A DNA stretch of 64,000 bases from Candidatus Anderseniibacteriota bacterium (lineage in GTDB: Bacteria > Patescibacteriota > Andersenbacteria > UBA10190). Position numbers and translations under genes: made by a program. The notes below the pieces were generated by a model, which searched no databases, had not been told where the DNA came from, and saw only the letters and a program-made list of their open reading frames with translations. The stretch lies in assembly GCA_040900375.1 (NCBI GenBank), contig JBBDZC010000008.1:66182-130181 (forward strand), written 5' to 3'. This document shows, one piece after another, positions 27,477 through 37,192 of the stretch (position 1 is the first letter of the stretch; every line of letters begins with the position of its first letter).

Positions 27477-30269
27477 GTGGTTGATTATCTCGAACAAGCG
27501 ATCGCACAGTCCTGGCTCTTTATTGTTGCCTATTCTCCCCTCGGCATAATTGGGTTGTGGCGCTGGAGTGTCTGGTTGATTAAGAAAGGTTACGCTCGCC
27601 AGTATCAACCAGCTACGGGAGAATTTACGACCTCGGTTGCTGTCATTACTCCCGTTTACAACGAAAATCCCCAGCTCTTTCGTCGAGCGCTCGACTCGTG
27701 GCGCGCTAACAAGGTTAGTGAAATTATTGCGGTGATTGATTATACTGACACCGCCTGCATTGCGATATTTAAAGAATTTGCGCGCCGCTCCCCTGGGGCG
27801 CGCTTAGTGGTTACGGAAAAGCCAGGGAAACGGCCAGCGCTAGTGGAGGGAATGCAGATGGCACGCAGCGAAATTGTGGCCCTGGTTGATAGTGATACGG
27901 TATGGGATAGGGCGACAAAGCGGCAGGCACTGATTCCTTTCCGCGATCCTAAGATTGGCGGGGTCGCCACGCGGCAGAACGTGCTTAAGCCTAAAACTTT
28001 AGCGCAGCAGATCTTTAACGCTCAATTAAATCTTCGCTACCTGGAGGAGATGCCGTTTATGACGGCGCGCGGGGGGAGTGTCGTTACTTGTCTGTCGGGA
28101 CGCACCGCATTTTATCGCCGGGCGGCGGTCATACCCGTGCTTGATAACTTGCTCCACGAAACTTTTTGGGGTCAACCAGTGATTAGTGGTGATGATAAGT
28201 GCTTAACATACTTAGTCGAAGCCCAGGGGTGGAAAGTTGCTTTTCAACAAACGGCCCGTGTGTTTACCCCCGGCACGCCGACGGTGCGTAATTTTTTACG
28301 ACAGCGGTTGCGCTGGACCCGCAATAGTTGGCGGGCAGATTTACGCACGCTAACCCAAGCGTGGGTGTGGCGCCATCCTCGTTTTGCTTGGTACTTGCTT
28401 GATCGCGTCATCCAACCATTTGCCCAACTACTCTCACCACTCTTCTTTATTGTATCCATCCTGCTCGGGTTGGGGGTGCCCGCGGTGATTTTAGCTGGGT
28501 GGTGGCATGTGGGGCGGTTTTTACGGATGTATCCTCACTTGCGCCGACATCCCCGCGATATCGAATTGATCCCGCTGTACATTGTTCTTAATTTCTACTT
28601 GGCCTTGGTTAAAATTTACGCTCTCCTGACTTTGAATCGCCAGGGGTGGATTACGCGGTGGCACCACAGCCGCTTACCCCACGCGCCGCGGGCGCTGCAG
28701 CAGGTGGCAGCTTATGGACTGACAATGAGTATTGTCGGGACGCTGGGCTTAGGTGTTGGTCTCCACGAGCGCATGGTGTTGCAGGCTGCCCAGCACGATA
28801 CCTTGCAGCAAAGTTTGCGACCGCTGTCAGTGACTCCCGTATCGGCGCACGTGGTGGGGGGACTGTCCACCGGCGCGGCCAGCGGGGCAGTAATTGGGCG
28901 TCACGAAGTCCAGGCCGGGGACACGCTTAGTCGCCTAGCCCTGCACTATGGTCTTGAGCCCGAGGTCTTAGTGGCTCATAATGCCGTGCTCTTACCGAGC
29001 CGCAACTATATCGAACCTGGCTTGGTGATTAGTGTCCCCCCGGTCAATGCGCAGCCATCAGCTCCGGTGCGGTACACCACAACGTACCAAGATCAGGGAC
29101 CGCTACGCATCACGTATAATGCCGGTACTCACACCATTGAGGTGCGGGGCCGGGGTCGTCAGATAACATTAGAGGATATTCGCCAGGCCGTGGGTGAGCG
29201 TTACCTGCGTGAAGTCTCACCCCAGCAGTGGTACTTGACGGCCAATCTTACCTTGAAAGCGGGCGTGAGTTTACGACTTGAGCAACAGGAAGTAGCGTGG
29301 CTTAAACTTAAGAGTGAGCCGCATGATTTTGTGGTTATTACAGCCGAGAGCGGCCACATGTTGATCACCGGTACGAAACTTACTTCCTGGGACGAGACGC
29401 GCCAGAATGTGGACGAGACGCTAGCCGATGGCCGCAGCTATATCGTGGCGCGGGGGCACGCGCGGTTTGATATTTTTTCAGCGGAGCTAGCGTACTTAGG
29501 CTATCCGCCAGAGCCGCAGGGACCGGCGGGGACCACAGGGGTAACATGGAGACTCACCGACCAAGAAGAAGCTTTACTGACTGGGGAAGTACGTAATAGC
29601 CGCTTTCACCATAACTACCACGGGGCGCACATCGCGGGCGGGACGGGTATGGGCTGGTACGATAACCAATTTTATGACAACACCCAAGCCGGTTTAGCTC
29701 TCGATCTTGGCACGAGTCATGCTGTGATTGAGCGCAATACTCTGTCGCGTAATGGGGAACAGGGCATCCTTCTCCGGGCCCAGTCTCGCTATAACCAGAT
29801 CGTGAATAATGAAGTGGCGTACCACCGCGACGGCATTGCGGTGAATGCTGCAGTTGATAACATAATTTCCGGCAATCATCTGCGTGCTAATCAGCGCGGA
29901 TTACATATCGGCCAGCGTGTCCAGCGAACGCTTGTTACTAGTAATCACTTTCACAGTAATGAACACTCGGGGATCTCGGCAGCGGCGACCGCCGGGCATA
30001 ATCGCATTCAGGACAACCTTTTCGAGAAGAACCGTCTCGCCTTGTACTTGGCGGCTTCGAATAATGAGATTAGTGGCAATACCGTGCACGCCAACCAGAT
30101 TGGGATGTACTTACAGTCGCCGGCGAGTAATAATCGCTTATATCAAAACAAAATTGCCGGTAACGAAAGTTACGGGCTTTACATTAAAGCCTTAGCGCAC
30201 GAGATCAATTATGCAGGAAACAATGCCATCAAGGGTAATCGCATCAATGCGGTGGCCGCGGTTCTTTGA
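27477..30269 (+). CDS. Processive GT2 polysaccharide synthase (HasA/NodC/Alg8-like) fused to LysM and an AlgG-like beta-helix
   Basis: PVYNE, GKR, DSD, CLSG...YR, GDDK.LT, QRLRW, W.TR; LysM H.V..GDTL..LA..YG; beta-helix with TSWD...GR.YI...YLGY. Confidence 0.88.
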   Translation: MVDYLEQAIAQSWLFIVAYSPLGIIGLWRWSVWLIKKGYARQYQPATGEFTTSVAVITPVYNENPQLFRRALDSWRANKVSEIIAVIDYTDTACIAIFKEFARRSPGARLVVTEKPGKRPALVEGMQMARSEIVALVDSDTVWDRATKRQALIPFRDPKIGGVATRQNVLKPKTLAQQIFNAQLNLRYLEEMPFMTARGGSVVTCLSGRTAFYRRAAVIPVLDNLLHETFWGQPVISGDDKCLTYLVEAQGWKVAFQQTARVFTPGTPTVRNFLRQRLRWTRNSWRADLRTLTQAWVWRHPRFAWYLLDRVIQPFAQLLSPLFFIVSILLGLGVPAVILAGWWHVGRFLRMYPHLRRHPRDIELIPLYIVLNFYLALVKIYALLTLNRQGWITRWHHSRLPHAPRALQQVAAYGLTMSIVGTLGLGVGLHERMVLQAAQHDTLQQSLRPLSVTPVSAHVVGGLSTGAASGAVIGRHEVQAGDTLSRLALHYGLEPEVLVAHNAVLLPSRNYIEPGLVISVPPVNAQPSAPVRYTTTYQDQGPLRITYNAGTHTIEVRGRGRQITLEDIRQAVGERYLREVSPQQWYLTANLTLKAGVSLRLEQQEVAWLKLKSEPHDFVVITAESGHMLITGTKLTSWDETRQNVDETLADGRSYIVARGHARFDIFSAELAYLGYPPEPQGPAGTTGVTWRLTDQEEALLTGEVRNSRFHHNYHGAHIAGGTGMGWYDNQFYDNTQAGLALDLGTSHAVIERNTLSRNGEQGILLRAQSRYNQIVNNEVAYHRDGIAVNAAVDNIISGNHLRANQRGLHIGQRVQRTLVTSNHFHSNEHSGISAAATAGHNRIQDNLFEKNRLALYLAASNNEISGNTVHANQIGMYLQSPASNNRLYQNKIAGNESYGLYIKALAHEINYAGNNAIKGNRINAVAAVL

Positions 30270-30378
30270 AGAGATTATGACAAATATAGTATTGCCTTTA
30301 TGGTACCGCTACGGTTTACTAAAAAGTAGACAACGTATGCGATCAACTATTTTCCTCGCCAAGGCTCGTGGGGGATTG

Positions 30379-31941
30379 ATGTCTCGGTTAGGGCTTGTAG
30401 CCCTGGTCTTGTTCGTCATCGGGGGATTGGGGGTATTTTCTGCCTCGGCTGCCGCCACGCCTTGTACGAGCACTGATATTCGTTGGGCGAGTTCATCCAA
30501 TACCATCTACATTTTTGGGGAAAACGTTGTGTGTACCCTAATGGACATTGACCAACTGGTACCCAAGGCGAATCTCGCCCTAGTTAATCCGACCGAGCAT
30601 ATCTGGTTTCTGGGTACTAACTTAGTGGTGCAACAAGGGGCCACGTTGCAACTCCATGGCACCAGCATTGGTGGCGATGTGGACTATTTGCGACTCAAGA
30701 GTAACAACACCTCTACTACCCATAGCATTGTCTGGATCCGGGCTGATTGGGGAATAATTGATATCGACACGACCAAAATTACTTCTTGGGATGAGGCCAC
30801 GGGCGAAACCGATAAAGAATATGAACAATATCGGCGATCATTTATCCAAGCCCGGTCACGGTTGGCGCTCGATGGTGTGACCCCTAATGAATCGCACATG
30901 AATATTAAGAATAGTGAAATTGGGTACTTGGGCTACGCGGGGGCGGAAGCTTACGGCCTATCATGGAAGGTCAATGGGAAAGAAGAAAATCTGTTTGATT
31001 TGGTCAATATCTATGGCGAGGTGATTAATAATCGCATTCACCACAACTATTTTGGCGCTTACACCTACGGCGCCGAGGGCATGCACTGGCAAGGCAATGA
31101 ACTTGATAATAACGTGGTCTATGGTCTCGACCCCCACGACAACTCCGATAACTTAGTGATTGAAGATAACGACGCTCACCACAATGGTTCGCACGGTATT
31201 ATCTGCTCGCGTTTCTGTGACCACTTAATCATTCGCAATAACGTGGCGCGGGATAACGGCGGCAACGGCATCATGCTGCATCGGCTCACCGACTTTTCTT
31301 TAATAGAAGGGAATGAAACCTTTAACAACAGTGATTCGGGCATCGCCGTTTTTGACAGCCACCACAACACGATTCGCGGCAATAGAAGCTATGGCAATGC
31401 CAAGGGCATACGCTTCAGCGTGGGCAGTTCGCATAACCTAGTAACCGAAAACCAGATTCACGATAACGATTCTTATGGCCTTTACTTCTATCAGGGCAGT
31501 GACGCCCCCACGAATTCAGGCGACAGCGGGCGGCCCCACGATAATCAGTTCATTAATAATGAAGTCTCGGGCAGCGGCATCTATGGTCTTAAAATGAAGG
31601 AGACTGACGATAACCTCTTTCAAGATAATCACTTTACGGATAACGGCCGATCTCTCTTAATTGAGTTGAGTAGCCACAATCGTTTCGAGAACAATACGAT
31701 TGAAGACAACAGCGAAACGGGGATCGTCTTAAGCGGGGCTTCCGACCACGAACTTGTTGGCAACCTCATTGAACACAACGGTGACGTGGGTATCTATCTG
31801 AAGAAGGAAAGTGACAATGCCGTCATTACCAATAATACTATCCGCCAACACAATAAGTACGGGATTCGGGTAGTGGATAGCGAGGGGGTGACAATCGAGG
31901 ACAACATCTTTGAAGATAATGGTCAGGATATCAGTTCGTAG
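30379..31941 (+). CDS. Secreted AlgG-like polyuronate C5-epimerase (parallel beta-helix)
   Basis: Signal peptide after ATG 30379 (ORF track start 30211); YLGY...YG.S; NYFG.YTY...NVVYGLDPHD (DPHD at 31129-31140), HGII.S, GIMLH. Confidence 0.8.
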   Translation: MSRLGLVALVLFVIGGLGVFSASAAATPCTSTDIRWASSSNTIYIFGENVVCTLMDIDQLVPKANLALVNPTEHIWFLGTNLVVQQGATLQLHGTSIGGDVDYLRLKSNNTSTTHSIVWIRADWGIIDIDTTKITSWDEATGETDKEYEQYRRSFIQARSRLALDGVTPNESHMNIKNSEIGYLGYAGAEAYGLSWKVNGKEENLFDLVNIYGEVINNRIHHNYFGAYTYGAEGMHWQGNELDNNVVYGLDPHDNSDNLVIEDNDAHHNGSHGIICSRFCDHLIIRNNVARDNGGNGIMLHRLTDFSLIEGNETFNNSDSGIAVFDSHHNTIRGNRSYGNAKGIRFSVGSSHNLVTENQIHDNDSYGLYFYQGSDAPTNSGDSGRPHDNQFINNEVSGSGIYGLKMKETDDNLFQDNHFTDNGRSLLIELSSHNRFENNTIEDNSETGIVLSGASDHELVGNLIEHNGDVGIYLKKESDNAVITNNTIRQHNKYGIRVVDSEGVTIEDNIFEDNGQDISS

Positions 31942-32011
31942 ACTCGGCGCACGACTGCAGACATTTAGCACTCGCCGTATCTCTCCCCCGCTCGCGTGGG
32001 GAGTAATTTTA

Positions 32012-33202
32012 ATGAGCAGCGTGGGGCTGGGTTTCCTGGCTTATAGCGCCGGGCTTTTTCTGGCGTCGCCACTTTTGCTCTCGCTCGCGCACTCGCGCAC
32101 ACTGGAGTCTCTGCCGGCGAGTGTCATACTCTCCACAGAAATAGTAGGGGAAGTACTCCTTGAAGGATCACCGCCCGTGGCGGATATCCAGACGCCCGCT
32201 TTGTTGCCGCCCAGTCTATTGCCAAGTCCGGTGCTTGCCGCCACTATCTTGGTGAGTCCCACTGGTGTGGATGCGCCTGACCGGGGGATAGGTGGTCGTC
32301 CGTTGCGGACTGTATCGCAGGCTCTACAGCGCGCCCGGCCAGGAGATGTGATCGAGGTGCAAGCGGGCGAGTACCAGGAACACATAGTGACCACGACTGC
32401 GGGGCAAGCGCAGCAGCCAATTACGCTCCGGGCGCAGGGTCGCGTGGTTTTCAAGGGTGATCAAAAGCACGGGCGGCTGATGGAGGTACGGCACGACTAT
32501 TACGATATTTCGGGCTTTGAATTTACGAACGCCGATATTCTCCTGTGGCTTGAGGGTGCCAGGTACGCCAAGATTACCAATAACTATTTTCATGAAGCCC
32601 AGGGTGAATGTGTGCGCTTCAAATATCACTCGACGCATAATCTCTTTGCGCATAACCGCGTAGAATTTTGCGGGCGAGAGGATTTTGGCGGCGGCGGTGA
32701 TGGTAAAAATGGCGAGGGCCTCTACCTCGGTACTGCTCCCGAGCAGCTTGATCGCAACCCAACGCCCGAGACTGACCAGACCAACGCGAACACTATTCGC
32801 GCTAATACGTTTAATACCCGGGGGAACGAGTGTGTTGATATTAAAGAAGGAGCGAGCGAGAATGTTGTGGAGTTTAATGACTGTACGGGCCAACGCGATT
32901 CCGAGAGCGGCGGGTTCGACGCCCGCGGCAGCGGTAATATTTTTCGCTACAACACCAGCTACGGTAACCTCGGGGCCGGGATCCGGTTCGGCGGCGATGA
33001 GGAAAGTGATGGTATTAACAACCAGGCCTACGGCAACGAGCTCTACCAGAATGAAAATGTGGCCATAAAAGTAATGCGCTTACCCCAGGGGCTTATTTGT
33101 GGTAACAAAGTTTCTGCAAATGAGAGCGGGTTTTCTAATAACAAGAGTATCCAGAATCCAGCTTGTCCTTTTCCGCTCTCGCCACCAGGCCGGCCTTCTT
33201 AA
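32012..33202 (+). CDS. Secreted or anchored beta-helix protein (DUF1565/polysaccharide-lyase-like)
   Basis: VSPTG.D...P.RT.SQAL..A.PGD.I....G.Y; GEG.Y.G, ECVDIKEG; GGGGAG SD before ATG 32012 (ORF track 31910). Confidence 0.75.
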   Translation: MSSVGLGFLAYSAGLFLASPLLLSLAHSRTLESLPASVILSTEIVGEVLLEGSPPVADIQTPALLPPSLLPSPVLAATILVSPTGVDAPDRGIGGRPLRTVSQALQRARPGDVIEVQAGEYQEHIVTTTAGQAQQPITLRAQGRVVFKGDQKHGRLMEVRHDYYDISGFEFTNADILLWLEGARYAKITNNYFHEAQGECVRFKYHSTHNLFAHNRVEFCGREDFGGGGDGKNGEGLYLGTAPEQLDRNPTPETDQTNANTIRANTFNTRGNECVDIKEGASENVVEFNDCTGQRDSESGGFDARGSGNIFRYNTSYGNLGAGIRFGGDEESDGINNQAYGNELYQNENVAIKVMRLPQGLICGNKVSANESGFSNNKSIQNPACPFPLSPPGRPS

Positions 33203-33327
33203 AAAACAATCGTCTTTTTGGTTGACGAATTGCGGGTCGTGGCTCTACAGTGAACTTTGAGTAGAAGAATTGTTGTTCATTTTACGCACCCTATTTACAC
33301 GGGCAAAAAAGTGCCAAGGAGACACGG

Positions 33328-33651
33328 ATGGGAGTCGGCATTGCTATGTCTCGGATCTGCTGTTTTCAGTGCGGCGACTTGCTCTACGCAAGTGCGCAAG
33401 GACACTGGCCACCCGATGGTGATATTCCGCTGATTGGACAGCGGCTCATTTTTTGCTGTTCCTGTTGCACGAAGGAGTCTACGGATGAAGCGACCCAAGA
33501 GGGAACGGTGCCAAGTGCGGTACTTGCCACTAGTAGTACGCCATCGTGTTCTCTACCACTTGTTGGTAGTGCACCGCATGCGGCGCATCCCTCGCTGCTA
33601 ACATTGCAGCAGGCTCGGTACTTTTGGTTGCGGCCGCCTTTAGACAAGTAG
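33328..33651 (+). CDS. Small Cys-rich hypothetical protein (possible Zn ribbon)
   Basis: AAGGAG SD, upstream TTGACG-18-TACAGT, CFQC...CCSCC, downstream hairpin. Confidence 0.45.
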   Translation: MGVGIAMSRICCFQCGDLLYASAQGHWPPDGDIPLIGQRLIFCCSCCTKESTDEATQEGTVPSAVLATSSTPSCSLPLVGSAPHAAHPSLLTLQQARYFWLRPPLDK

Positions 33652-33669
33652 ACGTCAGAGGCGGTTTCA

Positions 33670-33713
33670 TAGCAGGAAGTTTCTTTTCCAGCAAGGAACT
33701 TCCTGCTTTTTCT
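33670..33713. terminator. Terminator hairpin between convergent genes
   Basis: AGCAGGAAGTT...AACTTCCTGCT followed by a T-run. Confidence 0.6.
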
Positions 33714-33726
33714 TAAGGTTTCCTTA

Positions 33727-34827
33727 TTACTCAAGGCAGGCGTTAAATTGTTGGACTTGCTGATTGAGGCGTGTCATTAAAGCTTTGGCGGCCTCAATCT
33801 TACTATTTAAAATTGTTACCTGCTCGTTATAGATGCGCTGTTGTTCTTGTAATACTCTCACCGCCTGATTATAGGCAGTTTGTTGCTGCCGCGCTTGATC
33901 AACTAACGCTTCGCCTTCGGCTTGGAGCCGTTGGCCTTCATCCCAATACGGCTGGGCTTGCTCGCGGGAGCCAGTTTCTTGGTAGATTTTATTCCCTTCC
34001 TCTATTTTAGCGTTACCGGCGGCAATCGTTGCCTCGGCTCGGGCGATCAACGCTTCAATTGCAGTCAATTCCTGGGCGAGGCTGTCTTCTTGGCTCTCAA
34101 TTTCTTGCCGCGCCTGGTCGAGGGTGGCACTTAAGGCGGCGGTTTCTGCTTCAATTTGTTCAAGTTGGGTGCGCAGACTTTCATCGGGTAGTGGACAGGT
34201 GCCGAGCGGCAGCGCGAAGGTTTGCACTGCAAGCCACGTGCGCTGGCCCTCGAAGGTGCCGGGAGCGGCGGCAATGCCAATCTCACTAAATTTCTCGTGC
34301 AAAATGTTCTCGCGGTGGCCAGGGCTATCCATCCAGGCTTGGACGAGGGCAACGTCGCTGCCAAAATTGCCGAGCGCCAGATTTTCACCGACGCGAATGT
34401 ACTCATAGCCTACGCCCTCGACCCAATCAGCCGGGCCTTTGCCGTCAGGCCCGACATGTTCGAAATATTGCTGGGCAAACATGTCCTGCAGCTTTTGCGC
34501 GGCGGCGCGATTGAGCAGCGTGTTGGCCGTGAGCGGCGCCTGACCGGCGACTTGTCGGTGTGCATTGGTTTCCTGCAGGATACCGCCCTGGGTGAGCGTA
34601 CCAGCGTGTGGCTGATCAGGGCCCCGCAGGGGTGGGGGCGTTATGATGCGGCGGGGGTCGTCAAGCAATTCGTCGAGGGAGGGCAGCGCCGCTAAGTCAT
34701 CGAGCACTACCCGCTGTTGGGGTGAGGACTGATACCATGTTATGCCGAGGATACTCGCCAAGATGATCAGGGCGATAACTATAACTGCTGCCAGCGGCGT
34801 AATGTATCCCCTTGAAGTCATCAACAT
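33727..34827 (-). CDS. CAP/SCP-domain membrane-anchored protein with a C-terminal coiled coil
   Basis: TN..R, L..AA..K..DM...YFEH, GENLA.G, AWMDSPGHRENIL; heptad-rich tail bracketed by two Cys. Confidence 0.9.
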   Translation of the reverse strand: MLMTSRGYITPLAAVIVIALIILASILGITWYQSSPQQRVVLDDLAALPSLDELLDDPRRIITPPPLRGPDQPHAGTLTQGGILQETNAHRQVAGQAPLTANTLLNRAAAQKLQDMFAQQYFEHVGPDGKGPADWVEGVGYEYIRVGENLALGNFGSDVALVQAWMDSPGHRENILHEKFSEIGIAAAPGTFEGQRTWLAVQTFALPLGTCPLPDESLRTQLEQIEAETAALSATLDQARQEIESQEDSLAQELTAIEALIARAEATIAAGNAKIEEGNKIYQETGSREQAQPYWDEGQRLQAEGEALVDQARQQQTAYNQAVRVLQEQQRIYNEQVTILNSKIEAAKALMTRLNQQVQQFNACLE

Positions 34828-34828
34828 G

Positions 34829-34860
34829 TTTTCTAGTATACGTCTTTTCTAGTATACGTC
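34829..34860. repeat. Tandem 16-bp duplication containing a -10 element
   Basis: TTTTCTAGTATACGTC x2 (TATACT on the minus strand). Confidence 0.85.
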
Positions 34861-34927
34861 AGATTAAGCTCGGGCACGGGCTGTGCCCCCATAGCTCGCT
34901 GGTAGCCTGCCACTGTTTGCCTCATTA

Positions 34928-34953
34928 CCATATTTCGATATATCGAAATATGG
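34928..34953. repeat. Perfect 26-bp palindrome
   Basis: CCATATTTCGATA|TATCGAAATATGG, no loop. Confidence 0.9.
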
Positions 34954-35005
34954 GCTAAGGGTGATTCTTGGCTCACTGATGGCGTGGGAGTTGGGCCGTG
35001 TGGTT

Positions 35006-36079
35006 TCAGGGTGCGGTGTTGTGGAGATCAACTGAAATATTGATATCTCCAGAAGTTACCGTGCCGCCGGTGGTGTTGTCTTCCGCCGTGTTGCCACCAG
35101 TGGTGGCGTCAACAGTAATAGTGTTGCTGATTTGTGTCTCTGTCGTGCTGGTTATATCGCACTCACTGCTAACTTCGGTATTGTTTTCATTCGTCGAGCC
35201 AGGGCCGGTATTTTCATTGCGCTGCTCAATATTTACATCGAGATCACAGTTTGCAGCGGGTAAGGGAGAAGGTGAAGGACTGACGCTGGGCTCTGGAGAG
35301 GGACTGGGAGAAACTGAAGGCGATGGCTCGGTTGAAGGCGTAGGTGAGGGAGAGGGGAAAATAGCGGACGTGGAAAATTGACTGTTAGTTATAGCTGCGG
35401 AGTCTGAAAAAACTGCTAACGTGGCAGGGACAGTCACCAAAAGAACGGCAAAGGCTGTCGCTCCTTTAAGTAATAAGCGCGGTTGGCGCAGCTGTCGCCA
35501 AGCCTGCTTCATAGCGGCGAGTTCTTGCAGGATAACTAGCGTTGCCGGCAGCAGAATGGCAAGCGTAAAACCGGTTTTAGTGTGGAGCCAGCGCAGTAAG
35601 TATCCTAGATACGGAATAGACATATCGGCTGCGCCGATCACGAAGCCGTGCGGCACTAGTTTAGAATCAGCAACATTATTAGCGTCACCTTGAGTGCGAT
35701 AAGCTAGGCCTTGCTTCGTGGTGACATTCTCAATAATGCGGTGCGTGGTAGTGCCTTTGGCCGAACGAAATGTAATGATGTCGCCGGGGGCATAGGCCAG
35801 CTGCTCTTTCACGGTAATGACGGCACCGGTGGCGATGACGGGCTCCATGCTGCCAGAGCGCACGACGAAGAGTTCGGTAGTACGAACGGTATGCCATATC
35901 CCGGCGCTGGCGGTAATTACTGCTACGAATAGGAAAAATGTTACTACTTGCCTGACGCGGGATTGAGAGGTAGTAGGCAAGCGAATTTGGCTGTGATGTT
36001 GCTGCAACGGGCGAAACTCTGCGTAAGTAATCACGCGTTCGGAAGTTGGCCGTATTTGTGGTGGTTGAATGCTATCCAT
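35006..36079 (-). CDS. sipW: SipW-type signal peptidase I fused to a SipW-type substrate tail with a PS linker and one TGxxSxN repeat
   Basis: VRSGSMEP, THRI, TQGDAN (Ser/His ER-type SPase); then TM...PATLA|VFSD....NSQFST; PSPSPTP linker; NENTGPGSTN...TTGGNTA..NT...TSGD repeat. Confidence 0.85.
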   Translation of the reverse strand: MDSIQPPQIRPTSERVITYAEFRPLQQHHSQIRLPTTSQSRVRQVVTFFLFVAVITASAGIWHTVRTTELFVVRSGSMEPVIATGAVITVKEQLAYAPGDIITFRSAKGTTTHRIIENVTTKQGLAYRTQGDANNVADSKLVPHGFVIGAADMSIPYLGYLLRWLHTKTGFTLAILLPATLVILQELAAMKQAWRQLRQPRLLLKGATAFAVLLVTVPATLAVFSDSAAITNSQFSTSAIFPSPSPTPSTEPSPSVSPSPSPEPSVSPSPSPLPAANCDLDVNIEQRNENTGPGSTNENNTEVSSECDITSTTETQISNTITVDATTGGNTAEDNTTGGTVTSGDINISVDLHNTAP

Positions 36080-36156
36080 GAGGGACAAGGGCGATTGTTT
36101 TAATCACCCTTGCTGCCTCACCGATTAACCTTTTAGTTAGCAATTATTCGGCTTAT

Positions 36157-36825
36157 TCAAGGGAGGGGTGTTGGTTCGGGTGTTGCTTCAGGTGTGCTCT
36201 GTGTGCCAGTAAACTCGGCATCGAAGTTGACACTTTTATTAGTAGCTTCGCTATTAATATCTAGGGTAGCTGTCATGGTACATCTGGCTTCATCGGAGCC
36301 TTCTCCATCAACTGTGCCGTCGTTCGGCCCAAGTGTGCCAAGGCCACCAGTTGGAATACCGCCATCATTTTCCCAGTCAGACAATGGCTTGGCGTCAACT
36401 GATCCATCTCCCAGAGTCTCACCATCATCACCGACATCGCATGAGAATCCAACGGAAAGATCTTCTTTGATGTCAGTGGAGTTGGCAGGAAGTGTCTGGA
36501 TGTTCTCAATAAGAACGCTAAGATCAAGGCTGACCTCACTTTCAGCGCTGCTATTATTTTTTAGCCAGAATTCAAATTCTGAAGTTTGACCCGGCAGCAT
36601 GTTTTCAACTACAGGACCCTGAATACTATTAAGGTATGCTACAGGGCTATTGCCTTCCTGTGCAATCAGAAGATCTACGTTACCGGTGGCAAATGTGCTG
36701 TTTTCAAGCGTGGCAGTGTCAGAGAAGAGTGCACTTGAGACACCGGCAACTGCTGCAAGTACCGCAAGGATAACAGCGCCGCTTACAAGCAAGCGCATAG
36801 TAGGATGAATATTTGTTAAGGTCAT
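36157..36825 (-). CDS. TasA/camelysin-like SipW-dependent fibre protein
   Basis: AGVSSA|LFSD....ENSTFATGNVDL, NMLPG, WLKN, C-terminal F.AEF.GTQ; AGGAGGTGA SD; upstream of sipW. Confidence 0.8.
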   Translation of the reverse strand: MTLTNIHPTMRLLVSGAVILAVLAAVAGVSSALFSDTATLENSTFATGNVDLLIAQEGNSPVAYLNSIQGPVVENMLPGQTSEFEFWLKNNSSAESEVSLDLSVLIENIQTLPANSTDIKEDLSVGFSCDVGDDGETLGDGSVDAKPLSDWENDGGIPTGGLGTLGPNDGTVDGEGSDEARCTMTATLDINSEATNKSVNFDAEFTGTQSTPEATPEPTPLP

Positions 36826-37192
36826 ATCATGTCACCTCCTCTCAAGAAAGTTCTCAAGATCGAGGGTGGCGCACAGGGTGGCAATGGAAAGTGGTGAAAG
36901 AGTTCGGCAGTGTGTTTCACAAAAATAAAAGAAGGATCAGTCACGAGATCCCCCTCATGCCCTCCTGCACTTCTAGTTACTTATTGACTAGCGTATCGCA
37001 TTGCCACAAAAGCACAATGTTTTTGCGTGATGTTGGAGCCTGGCGGAGGGAAGATTCTTTCACTGTTTACGGGGAGAAATTGGTTGTCAGTTCTGGAAAA
37101 GCGGTGTTACACTGATACCACGGGGGCGAACAGGGTGTAATTTAACAAAAGTCGACGTTCATCTGGTAATTGACTGCGAGGAGGTGAGTGTA

